A DNA stretch of 64,000 nucleotides from the human T2T-CHM13v2.0 reference genome, Homo sapiens. Positions 15,125 to 28,450 of this stretch are shown here, piece after piece. The translations under genes and the position numbers were made by a program. Position 1 is the first letter of the stretch, and every line of letters starts with the position of its first letter. The DNA is taken from assembly GCF_009914755.1 (NCBI RefSeq), contig NC_060925.1; one strand, given 5' to 3'. Below the pieces are notes generated by a model. It searched no databases, had not been told where the DNA came from, and saw only the letters and a program-made list of their open reading frames with translations.

Positions 15125-16246
15125 TTCAGGACATAGGAATGGGCAAGGACTTCATGTCTAAAACACCAAAAGCAATGGCAACAAAAGCCAAAATTGACAA
15201 ATGGGATCTCATTAAACCAAAGAGCTTCTGCACAGCAAAAGAAACCACCATCAGAGTGAAAAGGCAACCTACAGAATGGGAGAAAATTTTTGCAATCTAC
15301 TCATCTGACAAAGGGCTAATATCCAGAATCTACAATGAACTCAAACAAATTTACAAGAAAAAAACAAACCACCCCATCAAAAAGTGGGCGAGGGATATGA
15401 ACAGACACTTCTCAAAAGAAGACATTTATGCAGCCAAAAAACACATGAAAAAATGCTCATCATCACTGGCCATCAGAGAAATGCAAATCAAAACCACAAT
15501 GAGATACCATCTCACACCAGTTAGAATGGCGATCATTAAAAAGTCAGGAAACAACAGGTGCTGGAGAGGATGTGGAGAAATAGGAACACTTTTACACTGT
15601 TAGTGGGACTGTAAACTAGTTCAACCATTGCGGAAGTCGGTGTGGCGATTCCTCAGGGATCTAGAACCAGAAATACCATTTGACCTAGCCATCCCATTAC
15701 TGGGCATATACCCAAAGGATTATAAATCATGCTGCTATAAATACACATGCACATGTATGTTTATTGCGGCACTATTCACAATAGCAAAGACTTGGAACCA
15801 ACCCAAATGTCCAACAATGACAGACTGGATTAAGAAAATGTGGCACATATATACCATGGAATACTATGCAGCCATAAAAAATGATGAGTTCATGTCCTTT
15901 GTAGGGACATGGATGAAGCTGGAAACCATCATTCTCAGCAAACTATCGCAAGGACAAAAAACCAAACACCACATGTTCTCACTCATAGGTGGGAACTGAA
16001 CAATGAGAGCCCATGGACACAGGAAGGGGAACAGCACACACTGGGGACTGTTGTGGGGTTGGGGGAGGCGGGGAGGGATAGCATTAGGAGATATACCTAA
16101 TGCTAAACGACGAGTTAATGGGTGCAGCACACCAACATGGCACATGTATACATATGTAACAAACCTGCACGTTGTGCACATGTACCCTAAAGCTTAAAGT
16201 ATAATAATAATAATAAAAATAAATACATAAATAAATTAATTAATTA
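15125..16246 (+). mobile_element. L1PA3-like 3' segment (ORF2 C-terminus, 3' UTR, A-rich tail)
   Basis: [26 protein letters not shown] ... MFSLIGGN with an in-frame TAG at 15601. 3' UTR GCATTAGGAGATATACCTAATGCTAAA...GAGTTAATGGG lacks L1HS diagnostics. Confidence 0.92.
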
Positions 16247-16463
16247 ATTAACTTCGGAAGATTGACATTTTAATGATCATAACTCTACCTAACCAAGACA
16301 TGTTTTTGCATGAATCAAAACCTACTCTTGTGTCTGTTAGAATATTTTTAGAGTTTTTCTTTTAGGTTTTGGGAATTTCTTGTTAAATGTATGCCTAGGC
16401 ATTTAATTTTGTTTTTCTGTAGTAAATGGGGACTTCCATCATTTCATCAATCTATCTAGTCAA

Positions 16464-16817
16464 TAGTTTATATTTTAATTATTTAGCCAAGATATATATA
16501 TATGTGTGTGTGTATATATATATATATCACACACACACACATACATACATACATACACACACATACATACAATGTCTATAAGCTATTGGCTGATAATCTA
16601 TAAGCCAATAGAATATAGATGTTTCATATATTTCTGTCTTATATATAATATATATTATACAGTTTTACTCTGTGTAATCTACGCAGTCTTACTGAGACTG
16701 TATTATATATATAATACATATAACAGATCTTATAGAAGATGTATCTATAAGCCAATAGCTTATAGATATTATATATATACGATATCTTTCTTGGCTAGAT
16801 AATTAAAATATAAGCTA
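16464..16817. repeat. Long imperfect inverted repeat containing (TA)n/(CA)n microsatellites
   Basis: Arms 16464-16491/16790-16817 (26/28 complementary) and 16571-16595/16746-16770 (23/25). Centre CTGTGTA-ATC-TACGCAG at 16670-16686. Confidence 0.85.
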
Positions 16818-17981
16818 ACTTTATACCCATTTCTTTACTGTTATAATTTGTAGTAGGTTTCCATTGATCCCCTGACCTTTTTGCCATGTTGCACTGAGCG
16901 CTATTGGTTTTGCTCGCTATTAGTCTCTTAGATAAAAGGTTTCCTTGGCTAGATACCTCCCTAGTGAGAATAAAGCTCCCTGTTGTCCCCGTATTTTTCT
17001 TGACATGCCTCTGCACGGCTGCAGTGGAGGTCTCGGAAGGTTTCCCTGTGGCTGTCTCACACCATCAGCCTTCGTTCAGCTTCCCCAGAAGGAGATCCCG
17101 AGATGAAGACTTGAGTGTGAACAGTTTATCTGAGAAGCCATCCCAGGAAACACCAGTCAGGGCATGTGGAAGTGAAAGAGGAGGAGGAGGAATGCAAATG
17201 AAGGGCCATTCCCCCTGCAAGTCACCACTGTGGGAACTGGAGCTAACAAGCAGAGGGGAGTTTCACATAGGGCACTCAGAGCGACCCCCTCCACCGGGCA
17301 GGGAAGCCTGAGATTGCCCCAGAGTGACCCCAGCCACAGGGAAAGGAAGCCTGGGATTCACCCATGAAATCCCTGTCTATCGGGTAAAGGATGCTTTCAG
17401 GGTGGTAATGATCACCCAGCAGGTGGAGCAGAACGGAGACTGGCCCCACAGCCTGTGCTAGCCCAGCAGCCTCAGGGGCAACTCTGGAGTCAGACCAACT
17501 CAGCGTGTATCCTGCCTGAACACTTTGTGGCTAGAATGGTTTGATTATATGCTGGGAATGATAATAATACCTACCTCATAGGGTGGGTTCAAGGATGCCA
17601 ATAATATGGATCATAGTTAAGGGTTATAGGTATAAGTACGGATATAGATTTAGGTGTAGATGATACAGACACGCAAGTGGCGTGCCCCACTGGTACCGGG
17701 CGCACAGTAAATCAACAATAACTGGAAGTGGGTGGCATTATTAAGTTGCAGGACTTCCATGCCTGCCCCATGAAGCTTCTGTTATCCTCTCTGTCTGCAA
17801 TTCCATTCCTGTTTTCCTGCTCTTCTTGTGGGGAGGGGGGCTATCTTTTATGCCATCATGAAGTGTGTTAAAGCCCTCCCCTGACTGGGCCCTGTGGTCT
17901 AGCCCACCTGTCATTCGTCCCAGAGCAGGACCCCACTTCCCTCCTCCTTCCTCTGATCCCTTCCCACCAGCTCTGACCTGC

Positions 17982-18252
<271 letters not shown>

Positions 18253-20804
18253 TCTGACTTGCTTTTGATTCTTTTCTGGGACGGCAGTACGGCCTCATTT
18301 TCTTTGCCTTGGGGGCACGTGGGCCCTTCTGCAGCCTGTCTTTCTCCTTTGCTGTTCCTAGGACCCTGAGTTGTGGTAAGGGCCTTCCCCATCACACAGA
18401 GCCGAACAAGTTCTAATAAAATCAGATTGGTGGATTAAACACTATTAGGTTGCTCATTATTGCAAGTTAAAATGATGATTCCATTTATTAAGGCCATTTA
18501 AGCTGGACACTTAAGTTCCCTGTGGGATTGTATCCTGCTGAAAGTGCCGGATGACAGGGCTACTCTCAGAATGCCAAAGGGCGGGTCACCAGAGGAAGGT
18601 GGGTTTCCTAGGGTGAGTGCAGTTGCGATTCTGACTGTGTACATGACAGTGTTTGAGAGAGTCCTCTCTCTGTGGGTCATACCACTTACGATGTGGGAAC
18701 GGTTTGCCTGAGTACCCTGCTGAGGTTATTAGTCATATTTAGAAAGGGCAAGGGATGGAACAAATCACAGTTCATGTCTTAGCTCACAAGAGGCTAGATT
18801 GGATCAACGTCCAGTCTTCTCCTTGGATGGAGTATCTTCATTCTCCAGTCACAGAAAACCCATCCACAGAAGAAGACCCGGCATTGCCACACTCTCATGA
18901 GTGTCTTCATTCTTTTTTTGGAGAGAATGAGCCACACGCAGAGCCCACCTGTTTCATTAAACAAGTTCCCTTGCTTATTCCTTAGGAAGTGGTCCTAAGC
19001 ACAGTCCGTGGACCTCAGGCACCTTCTAATGGGTCTTTCAGGGGCGGGGAGGGCTTACAGCACTGTGAAGATTAAGGACAAACATCTAGAGAGGGGCTGA
19101 AGCGGGAAGAGGCTGACATCGTTGGCCCCACATGCAAGCCTACCTGCCATTTAGAAATGGAAGTGAATTGTAAGGTTTCCAATGCAGACTTGTAAGCAGG
19201 AGACAGATACCAGCGGGTGACAGCATTGTGACAAGCGCGTGGAGCCATTTCCTGATTGTTTTAGTCGATACAGACTTAGGGAGGAAACCAACACTGACAC
19301 AAACCAATTGTGCCCTGATCGGGAAACAATGAAGTATCGGGAGTCGCTGTTGAAAGTCTGTAATTTCCAGCGGAATTGCTGTTTAGTCATCATATTGCCG
19401 CTGAATGACATAGTGGGGCTGGGTGGAAACTACAATTAGCTGCAGTCACCCTGGTGGGACTGTTTTTTTCCCCCCAGACAATAGAATATGAAGCCATCAA
19501 CAGCCAATGTTCTGTGCCGCTTGTGAAATGGCCCATTGTTCGTAGCAAGAAGAAAAGAAAGGCGCTGGAGGGTCTTGCCCCAGCCCTGCGGGGGACAGAT
19601 GGCTGACTTATGGTTTCCTCGCCTCCGTTGTAGCAGAGCAACATACAAGCCAGGCTGAAGAAGCCCCACTTCATTTGCCTTATTTGTGTAAAGAGCTCTC
19701 TGGCCGTGGCTGAGAGTGAGGTGGCAAGCCTGCACTGGCCTCGTGGTGCGCAGAATCGCTGGCATTCCTCTTCCCCTGCTGCACGTTCAGGTGCAGAGTG
19801 GTGCAGCACTGCGTGGGGTGCTGCTAGATTTTGGGGGAGTCTTCCTTGACGTTGGATCTGCCCACAGCTACTGAAACTTTATTCTGAAAGTGGTTTATCA
19901 CAGCACTTGCCCTCAGCTGCTAGAGGGGTTTAGTTCTTTCTCTCCTTGGGGTTTCCAAACCCAAATATGTGACCTGACCACCGCATCTGCAGATATGCAC
20001 GTCATCAGCCTCTCCTCTCTGTGGTGGACGCGTGTTTTCTTTTTGGCAAATTCAAGGTTCTTTACCTTTTTCATCATCACACGAATGACCATCTAACTCT
20101 TAGCATTTAGGGAGCAAGCCGCTATTTCCCTGAGATGCTCTGGCTGTGGACTGAATAGATGACTTTACCTGGCAGTATCTGAGACCCCTGACAGCTGAAG
20201 CCTAAATGGGAAAGAATCGGGTACTTAGCTTGCTTGAGAAGCAAGACCGCAGATGCTCTTTCATATCTAGCAGTAATCTAAATGCAGGCAATGAACCAAC
20301 AGCATTTGGCCTCGGTGAACAGCTCTGCCATCGGTCTGTTCTTAACATAGTCATCTAGCGTCTGCGTTAAACTTATTTATTTCCTAATGCTGGGTGATGG
20401 ATTAAAAGATGTGTAGAAAATCCTTCCACAAGAGATAAGATATTGCAGGCTGCCACGACACCCCTGGCTCTTTTTGCTTTCTGTCTCTGTTTTGCCTACT
20501 TTTCAGTGCAGAGCTCAGGCCCCCACATCGTATATCCTGATTACTTTGTGGTTATTACTGAGGGGATGTTTTTTAAGCCTATCATTGACACATTTAATTC
20601 ATTAGGTACCAAATCCAAAGCAAATTTTGGCTGGCCATAAAACATGGTTAATCCAGGGAGATGCAATAAAAGGTGAAAAATTATGTTCCAGCAAATGTGG
20701 AATATTGCTTTTCTGTAGAGACTTTTACTGGTCGATGATATCTTTCTTCATAAATTTTTCTTCTACTTGGTACTCTTGGTAACTTAACCATTTGTTGTTT
20801 CCAG

Positions 20805-20940
20805 ACCACAGAATGGCTCAATGATACTCTACAACAGGAAGAAAGTGAAATACAGGAAAGATGGGTATTGCTGGAAAAAGAGGAAAGATGGGAAAACGAC
20901 CAGAGAGGACCACATGAAACTCAAGGTCCAGGGAGTGGAG
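20805..20940 (+). CDS. CAMTA1: Internal coding exon of calmodulin-binding transcription activator 1 (CG-1 DNA-binding domain; probably exon 5 of the canonical transcript)
   Basis: Acceptor TTTGTTGTTTCCAG ends at 20804 and donor GAG|GTAAAC starts at 20941. The 136-nt exon translates as (R)PQNGSMILYNRKKVKYRKDGYCWKKRKDGKTTREDHMKLKVQGVE, the CG-1 domain motif. GSMILY/YCW/QGVE and flanking introns >20 kb and >43 kb fit CAMTA1 rather than the compact CAMTA2. The exon number is from memory. Confidence 0.97.
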
Positions 20941-23900
20941 GTAAACAGCAGAAAAGGTTCCCTTGGTGCACAAATGTCATTTGCAGGCTGCAGTGGAGAA
21001 TGGAATTGCTTGGAGTAATTTGATGCGAGTCACCTCTGTCCAAAGAATTTTTGTTTGCCAAGACCCTGGTTTTTGCTTTTGTTTCGTTTTTCTACCTTCT
21101 TACCCTATAGTCTCCATTCAAGTTTTCAGTGAAACTGGATTGAACTAAAGCACTCCTGTTTCTTGGGAGTCATTGCTATATAGATGGGGATTTGCAAGTT
21201 TCCTGTGGACTCATTTGTTGTATTTATCACGGAAGAGCCTCTGGATGCATTGAGAGTTTGCAAAGTGTCAGGGAAGAGGGGAGGCAGCGTAAGGAACTTC
21301 CCTCTTGAGGTGACCCTGGCCTCCCCCTGCCAAGCTGGCAGGCCCCTCACAGAGCCTGGCTTCACCCCCTCCACCGACAAACCCTGGGTGTGTCAGCCTT
21401 AATAGAGGTTTGAGATCATTAGATGGGATCACAGGTGTGCATGATTCTTGCATGGTTGGGGTCCTGCAGAAACATCTTGGGATCTTGGGCCGACTTCGGG
21501 TTTTGGCCCTTGGGTAAAGACTGGTTTCCTTGCTGTTGTTTTCACCCCACAGACTCTCAACCTTGGGCAGCCATGGAGAAATTCCCTTATTCCTCTTTGC
21601 CATCGTTTGAGGGCCTGAGCCATGTGTCACAGCCGTAGAGGGGGAGGGCATGAGTCAAGGTGAAGTCTTGGCCTGCTGGTTAACTAGCATCCACTTCCCT
21701 GCGTTCCTAACTGGTCCTGGGAAGGAACTTCCCCTGGGAACAGGGAAGGCATTGCCTTGGGCCCGGAGCTGAGAAGCTGGCTCGTGATCCACCTGTTATT
21801 TCGAACGGGTCAAAGAGAGGCATTCTGGAGTCTGTTGGTGTGTTGAGTTTGCGAGCATACAGGATGGATAGCTGGGACCATAAACCCACTTGAATTCAAT
21901 GTGTTACCCTTCCACGCCAATGTTTTTTGTGACATGCTTTGTCATGATGACTTTTTCCGTATAAATCATGTGCTTTTATGGCTGTTAAAAATAGCACCAA
22001 ATGGCCTGTATTATATGACCTCACAGAGGGATGACTTTTGTTTTATGTTTTTTTTAAATACCTAATAACAATGCTTTATGGAGATGCAAAAAGAAAAGCC
22101 TCTATCCAAGAAATTCCAGTTCCTGCATTCTCCTGTGCTCAGTGTTTGCACAGTGTGGTTTAATTGACTGCACAGAACATTAAAATGCAGATTCCCCCAA
22201 ACACACTGCTCTGGGCGCACCTCTAGGACGGTGACCGCTGATCGTACAAAGGCATTAGCCATCATCGCAGGGAGCCAAAGGAGGGAGGGCTTGGTTCTTC
22301 CTGGGAGGACCCTCATCTCCTACGCTGGAGGGAGAGGTAGAGAGTGAGGCAAGGCTGGGTGGGGCCCCCGAACAACGAGGCTGCTCGCACCGGGAGTAAT
22401 AGGGCTGCGGGAATTCAAACTGGAAGTCACGGCAGCTCCTGTGCCCGTAGGCCCCTGGTATATTTCATCTTTAGTAATACGTACATCAGGAACTTCTGCT
22501 CGTGAGTAACAGCAGGGTGGAATTCTTCCTCAGCAGCAGCTGAGAAGCCGAGGGGAGAAAACAACCCACAGTGTTCGTTTTCTTTCCTCATGTTATAAAT
22601 TAGAGTTGTCACTGGATGGAATCAGAATGATTTATGGCTATTTGTTAGGCCATATTTGTGTTTGGAGTTATTTGTGTGCTCATACTTGCAGGCAACAGTC
22701 TGTCCCCTCAGAACTTCGGGAAAGGGAGACGGGCAGGATGGGGAGGGGTTTCCATGACCTCCTAACATGGATGGCAGTGTGGGCAGCGGGAAGAGCCGGT
22801 GACACGATGCTTGCTTTGGGTTCTCAGAGAGAGGCCACCTACTATGATGCATTATGTGGTGGCCTTGCCCGTGAGCTCAGCGAGTTGTCCCACTGAGCCA
22901 CTCAGCAGATATCGACCCTGTGTGCCTACTCTGTGCAAGGCACTATGGTGTCAGCAGAGAGAACAGGAGTCATATTCTCTGCCCCACGGACTCATGGTCA
23001 AGTTGAAGAGGCTTGAAGTACGTGAGGGTCATCAATAGTGCTGAGACGCAGAGCAGCCTGGGCTTTTATGATAAGCATCCCGGGAGTGCAGAGTGGGCTG
23101 GAATGGTCAGAGACACTTCCTAGGTCAGATGGGATACAAGCTGAGCCCTTAAAGTCGGGTGGGACTCTGTGTGTGTGTATATATGTTTGTGTGTGTGTGT
23201 GTGCGTATGTGCAATTTACATATTGTTTGCAGTTTACCTTTTCCACTCTGCATTGTGGTCTGAGCTGTGTCTATGTTGATATTGAGGTCTCTTCATCCCT
23301 TTTCACAATCCTATAGCATTCTACTATATAAACACTTGAGCCGTTTCCCTGGCCATAGCCCCCACTTTAGATTCCTTTCAGTTTTTTAGCATTATAAATA
23401 ACACTTCAATAAGTGTTCTTATACATGTCTTTTTGGGCACATAGGCAACCTGGACCCAGAATTGCTGGGTTATAAGGTCTGAGCATGTTCAGTTTATTAG
23501 ACACTGCCTTATGGCTGCATAATTACATGCCCACCAGAACTGGCGATTACAGTTTTCCCCACATCCTCTCGCTTAGTGATAGATGAGAGATGGTACCCCC
23601 TTTTATTTGAATTTGAGTTTGTCTTAATTATTAGTGAGGATGAGTGCCTTCTTATGTTAATGGGAGCCTGTTGCTATGAATGGTCTACCATGGGCATGGA
23701 CATGGATTTTTAAACAGCCCTGAAGAAGGCCTTTTCAGACAAGATCAACCCCCACATCTCACCAGCATTTCTGCTGCATTACCTCTGATCTGGACCAAGG
23801 GTGGGGAAGCCCAGGGGGTGTGCTCTGGCACAGTGGGTGGTTGGTCCTTTCCACCAGGAAATTGCAACAGGGATTTCCATGGGGCTTTGTACCTCACAGG

Positions 23901-24859
23901 AGGAGGGGGCTTCTGAGTTTGGACTCTGCGTCCGTCTTTGGTGGATTCAATCAGGTGGTTCCCATAGACTCAGCATCTTCATCACGTCAGGCACGGCGCC
24001 AGCCAGCTACTCTTCTGCTGGTTGGGGTGGACAGTCCTGCACAGGGTCTTGGAGCTGTGATTTTTCTACCACCGGGGCTGTTTTCCTCAGTTCAGGGGCA
24101 TGATAAAGATATTTGGATCTACCGTTTAATATATCACTTGCTATAAGCCTTCCCTCAGGCCAGGAAAACTTCCAGCCCTGTTTATGGAACTGTTCAGCCA
24201 TCTCGCTTCTTTTGTTCTCAGAGGCTGGGGCCCTCTCTACACACGGCAATTCAAAGGCACATTGATTTTCTCAGCCAGGCACAGGATGGGGGCAGCTGCT
24301 TTTGAAGCTGACGAGCTGTTAGGTCCATGATTAGTTGTCTTGTCTGCAAGCCAAGGAGAAGCTAGCTCGATAAGGTTTCCAGGGATGACAAAGGTTGGCA
24401 GGAAGGAAAAAGAGGGTGGTTGCGATGTCACTGTTTCAGGAGATGAAATCTCAGCAGGTCTGGAGTTGGCCCTGCACCCCATACAGATTTATGCCAGCTT
24501 CTTTGGTGCCTGACAGTGTGGAGGAGCTTTGGGAGTGGGAGACTCTCAGAGAGCGAAGAGCTGGATGTGAAGCATCACCCTGGTTCCGGGGTCACTGCAG
24601 CTTTGTGGTCGGATGAGCTGAGGGAGGTTAGTCAGAGGTGATGCTGTTCTCTGGGCCACACTGGAAGAATTCCTTCCAAGTTCATGATACTTTTCTCTGG
24701 CCCCAGAAGCTTGTGGGGCTGCCTTAGGTCCTGTGTCCGCATCTCTCTGCTGAGAGTGCTGGGTGTCCCAGAACCCAAGGCAGCTCTGGGCTCTTGTCCT
24801 CTCCAGTTTCTTTGCTGCTGGGTTCCCACAACAGATGGGAGCCACACAATTACTACTGA

Positions 24860-25080
24860 GACAGTCATGGGCTTACACATTTCCTATATACCAGGTATAT
24901 CATCTCATTGAATCCTCATAAACACATCCATGCAAAGTACATGGTATTATACCCATTTTATAGATGGAGAGATTGAACCTCAGAGAGGGTGTCTCTTGCC
25001 CTACGTCATACCTCAGTCAGTGGCAGAGCTGGTACTTGAGCCTGGGTCTGCTTGGTTCTAAAGCTCAAGCTCTTGCCATT
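24860..25080 (-). mobile_element. MIR fragment
   Basis: ATCTCATTGAATCCTCA...CCCATTTTATAGATGGAGAGATTGAACCTCAGAGAGG. Confidence 0.7.
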
Positions 25081-26345
25081 ATATCAGTTCCTTCGGGGTA
25101 CTCGGGTGGGGCCTATAGACTTTTCAGATGAAGTCAGCACCTATTTATTTAGCACACATCCTTCCTTCATCCACTGGGGATTGGAGGCTTTCTATCCACC
25201 TAGTATGGCAATAGGTGCTGGGATGCAGTGATGTAAAGAGAACGTGTGGTCCCCTATCTCATGGGGAGACTAAAAAAATCAATCATGCAACCCTGATGCA
25301 GGGTTTTGAGGGCTGTGATAGAATTACAAGGCCCTGTGTGGGGGATGCAGGAGGGGAACCTGAGGCCGACTTGGCCTGAAGGAAGTGACATGAGCATAAG
25401 GAAGTGGGGTGCGGTGGGAGCGGGTCAAGTGACAGAGGAGGGCTGGGAAATATTAATGAATAGAGTCTGTTGAGAATCAGCCAATGTGACTTGAAGCAAC
25501 AGGCAACCAGAATCGTGATGGGTCAGTATTTCCCCCAGGCCTATCCAGACCAGGTCTTATCCTCCTAGCAACGCGGCCCTCTCGGCTCTTAAGGCGTGAC
25601 TTGCCATGGATGTTCTTCCTTTGGAACCAGTGGGTGGTCACAGCACAGAGGCTGTTGGTTTCATGGCTGTCACATGCACAGAGACAGCCCTGTCCACTGA
25701 GCCTGTTCTGTGGCAGAAGGAACCCCCTAGCCTGGACCATCTTTGGGTGGAAACACCAGCCCCTCACGTCTGACTGTCATTTGCAGATGTGAAGAGAACA
25801 CACAGTGTTGCTGATGTGTTTGTATTGCCTGTAAACAACGAAGAGTTTCTTTGACTTCTTAACTGCCTTAAAGCTAGAAGCCCGGCATTAGGATGGCAGT
25901 GGTGGTAACGAGGTTATGTTTTGAGACTTGGCCTCATTAGAAGTGATGTTCTTTATTTGGGCACTTAGGCCACATATAAAAAAAAAAGAAAGCACCTCTT
26001 TTAAAATAGGAATGATATTGTAGTTACTGCATTAGGAATTAACAGGGCATGAAATAACTGTCTGCCCTGTGGCAATGCCAGATCATTTCAGCTCCGCTTG
26101 CAGCCATAAGATAAATTGGTATCTTGCTTGCAGCCACTGGAAAACATTTTAAATAGCCAGCCATGAACATGTATGGTGCCCAAATCAAGTTTGAAAAACA
26201 GCAATAAATAGATAAAGTGGAGGTAAGGTGCCTAATGAAATGAATGAGGGGCAGGAGCTCACAGAAGGCAAACAAACCAGCAGGGAGGCGCTGCGTGTTT
26301 CACATACAATACGTATTTCTACTTTTAGTAAAAAATCACGTGTCT

Positions 26346-26647
26346 CACGAACAGAAAACCCAACACCGCATGTTCTCACTCATAAGTGGGAGATGAACAC
26401 TGAGAAGACATGGGCACAGGGAGGGGAACATCACATACCTGGGCCTGTCAGGGAGTCGGGGGCTAGGAGAGGGAGAGCATTAGGAGAAATACCTAATGTA
26501 GATGACAGGTTGATGGGTGCAGCGAACCACTGTGGCGCGTGTATACCTATGTAACAAAACTGCATGTTCTGCACATGTACGCCAGAGCTTAAAGTACAAT
26601 TAAAATAAAAAAATAAAAAATTATAATAATAAGAAAATTAAATTAAA
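26346..26647 (+). mobile_element. 5'-truncated L1PA 3' end (about L1PA7 age)
   Basis: CATGTTCTCACTCATAAGTGGGAG...GCATTAGGAGAAATACCTAATGTAGATGAC..., A-rich tail. Diverged TSD AAAAAATCACGTGTCT / AGAAAAACATGTGTCT. Confidence 0.9.
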
Positions 26648-27591
26648 AGAAAAACATGTGTCTTCGGTCTGTGGACAGATTATTTTACTCCATTACCCTC
26701 CAGCCTCACTGTGCACCCACCAGTCCATACCCTACCGTATTCCTCATTCAGAAGCTGTTTTTTTCCCACGTCTAGGTCCACATTGTCTTAGCCTCATAAC
26801 TTCTGATTCTCCCCCGCCCCGCCCCAAGGCTATCTCCCCTGATCTTCTTTAGCCAGAAGTGATGATTTCCTCCCCTACATTGCCGTTGCTTTCCATCTGT
26901 ACCCTTCTTAAGGAAGTGTTCAGGTTGCCTTCCTATCAGCCTTGTCCAGTTCAAAAAAGATACATCGAGTATTTATTTTCTCCCTGCTAGAAATCCTGTA
27001 TCTGGTATCCAAATCTAAGTAACAAGGAGTCTCCACAGAGTGTCTACAGAATCTACCCCACACGACCTTGCTCTGGGAAGTAGATTTGCCCAGTGACTAA
27101 CTGCTTCCACAGTTACACTTCCTGCAAACCTCACCCCAACCCTGTGATTCAGTCCTGGCAGATACGTTTATCCTCGTTGGTTGTGCATCTGGGACTTGAA
27201 CCTAGGTCTTTGGTTTCAGAAGTGGGGCTGCCCCTCCTGTCTGGCTTCAAGCCCTGCTGGTTGAGGTGTCTTAGTCTCATGACCATTTCTAGTACAGGGA
27301 GCGTCTGTTCAGGGGCACCTCAGGGAATCTCCCGGGGCTCTCTGCTGGCTTTTCATCATCTGAATTTCTGTGCCTCGTTCTGCTGGTATGCTAACAAGTT
27401 AAAACTTAATTTCCTGTTACCTGGATGTGTTTTGGTAGAATCAATTCAGGAGCTCAAATCCATAGTTCTTCCTTAATTTCTAATTACTTGGCATCCCTGG
27501 TGACATGTTTCTACCCAATTCATATAATTAAAAATTTAACTAATAAATAACATTAAGCTAGCTCCATTTTGAAGTAGCAAGAGCAGCCCTA

Positions 27592-27933
<342 letters not shown>

Positions 27934-27973
27934 TCACAAAGGCCTGGCAGGGTGCTGGTTTTGCTTCTCCTTC

Positions 27974-28450
27974 TGTCTTAGCCACATCTAGTTGCTATCA
28001 CAAAAGATCATAGACTGGGTGGCTTAAACAACTGAAATTTATTCCTCACGGTTCTAGAGGCTGGGAAGTTTAGGATCAAGGTGCAGGCGGATTTGGTGTC
28101 TGGTGAGGGCCTGTTTCCTGGTGCATTTTGGTGTCTGGCGAGGGCCTGTTTCCTGGGCATTTTGGTGTCTGGCGAGGGCCTGTTTCCTGGTGCATTTTGG
28201 TGTCTGGCGACGGCCTGTTTCCTGGTGCATAGATGGCCATCTTCTCACTGCATCCTTACATGGTGGGAGGGCAGAAGGAGCTCTCTGGGGTTCCTTTTAT
28301 CAGGGCACAAACAAACCCCATTCAGAAAGCCTTCACTCTCACGATCTGATCACCTCCCCAAAGCCCCACTTCCACATACCATCGCATGGCGGGGGGGGGG
28401 GGTTGGTTTTCATCATATACATGTTGGGGGAACACAGATTTTCAGTCTTC
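27974..28450. mobile_element. MaLR solo LTR (MLT1A-like) with an internal minisatellite
   Basis: TGTCTTAG...ACTGGGTGGCTTAAACAAC...GATCAAGGTG...CACCTCCCCAAAGCCCCAC...GGGGAACACA. Confidence 0.85.
28092..28230. repeat. 35-bp minisatellite, 4 copies
   Basis: Unit TTTGGTGTCTGGCGAGGGCCTGTTTCCTGGTGCAT starting at 28092, 28127, 28161 and 28196. Confidence 0.95.

Noticed and set aside
15139-15999. L1 ORF2 ORFs as an active retrotransposon or gene
   Set aside because: 5'-truncated and inverted, with an in-frame stop at 15601 and no promoter, ORF1 or RT core
20941-21018. ORF continuation beyond QGVE
   Set aside because: Read-through into the intron after the GT donor; CG-1 similarity ends at 20940
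28092-28230. CRISPR-like 35-bp repeats
   Set aside because: Head-to-tail copies with no spacers, inside a mammalian LTR; a minisatellite
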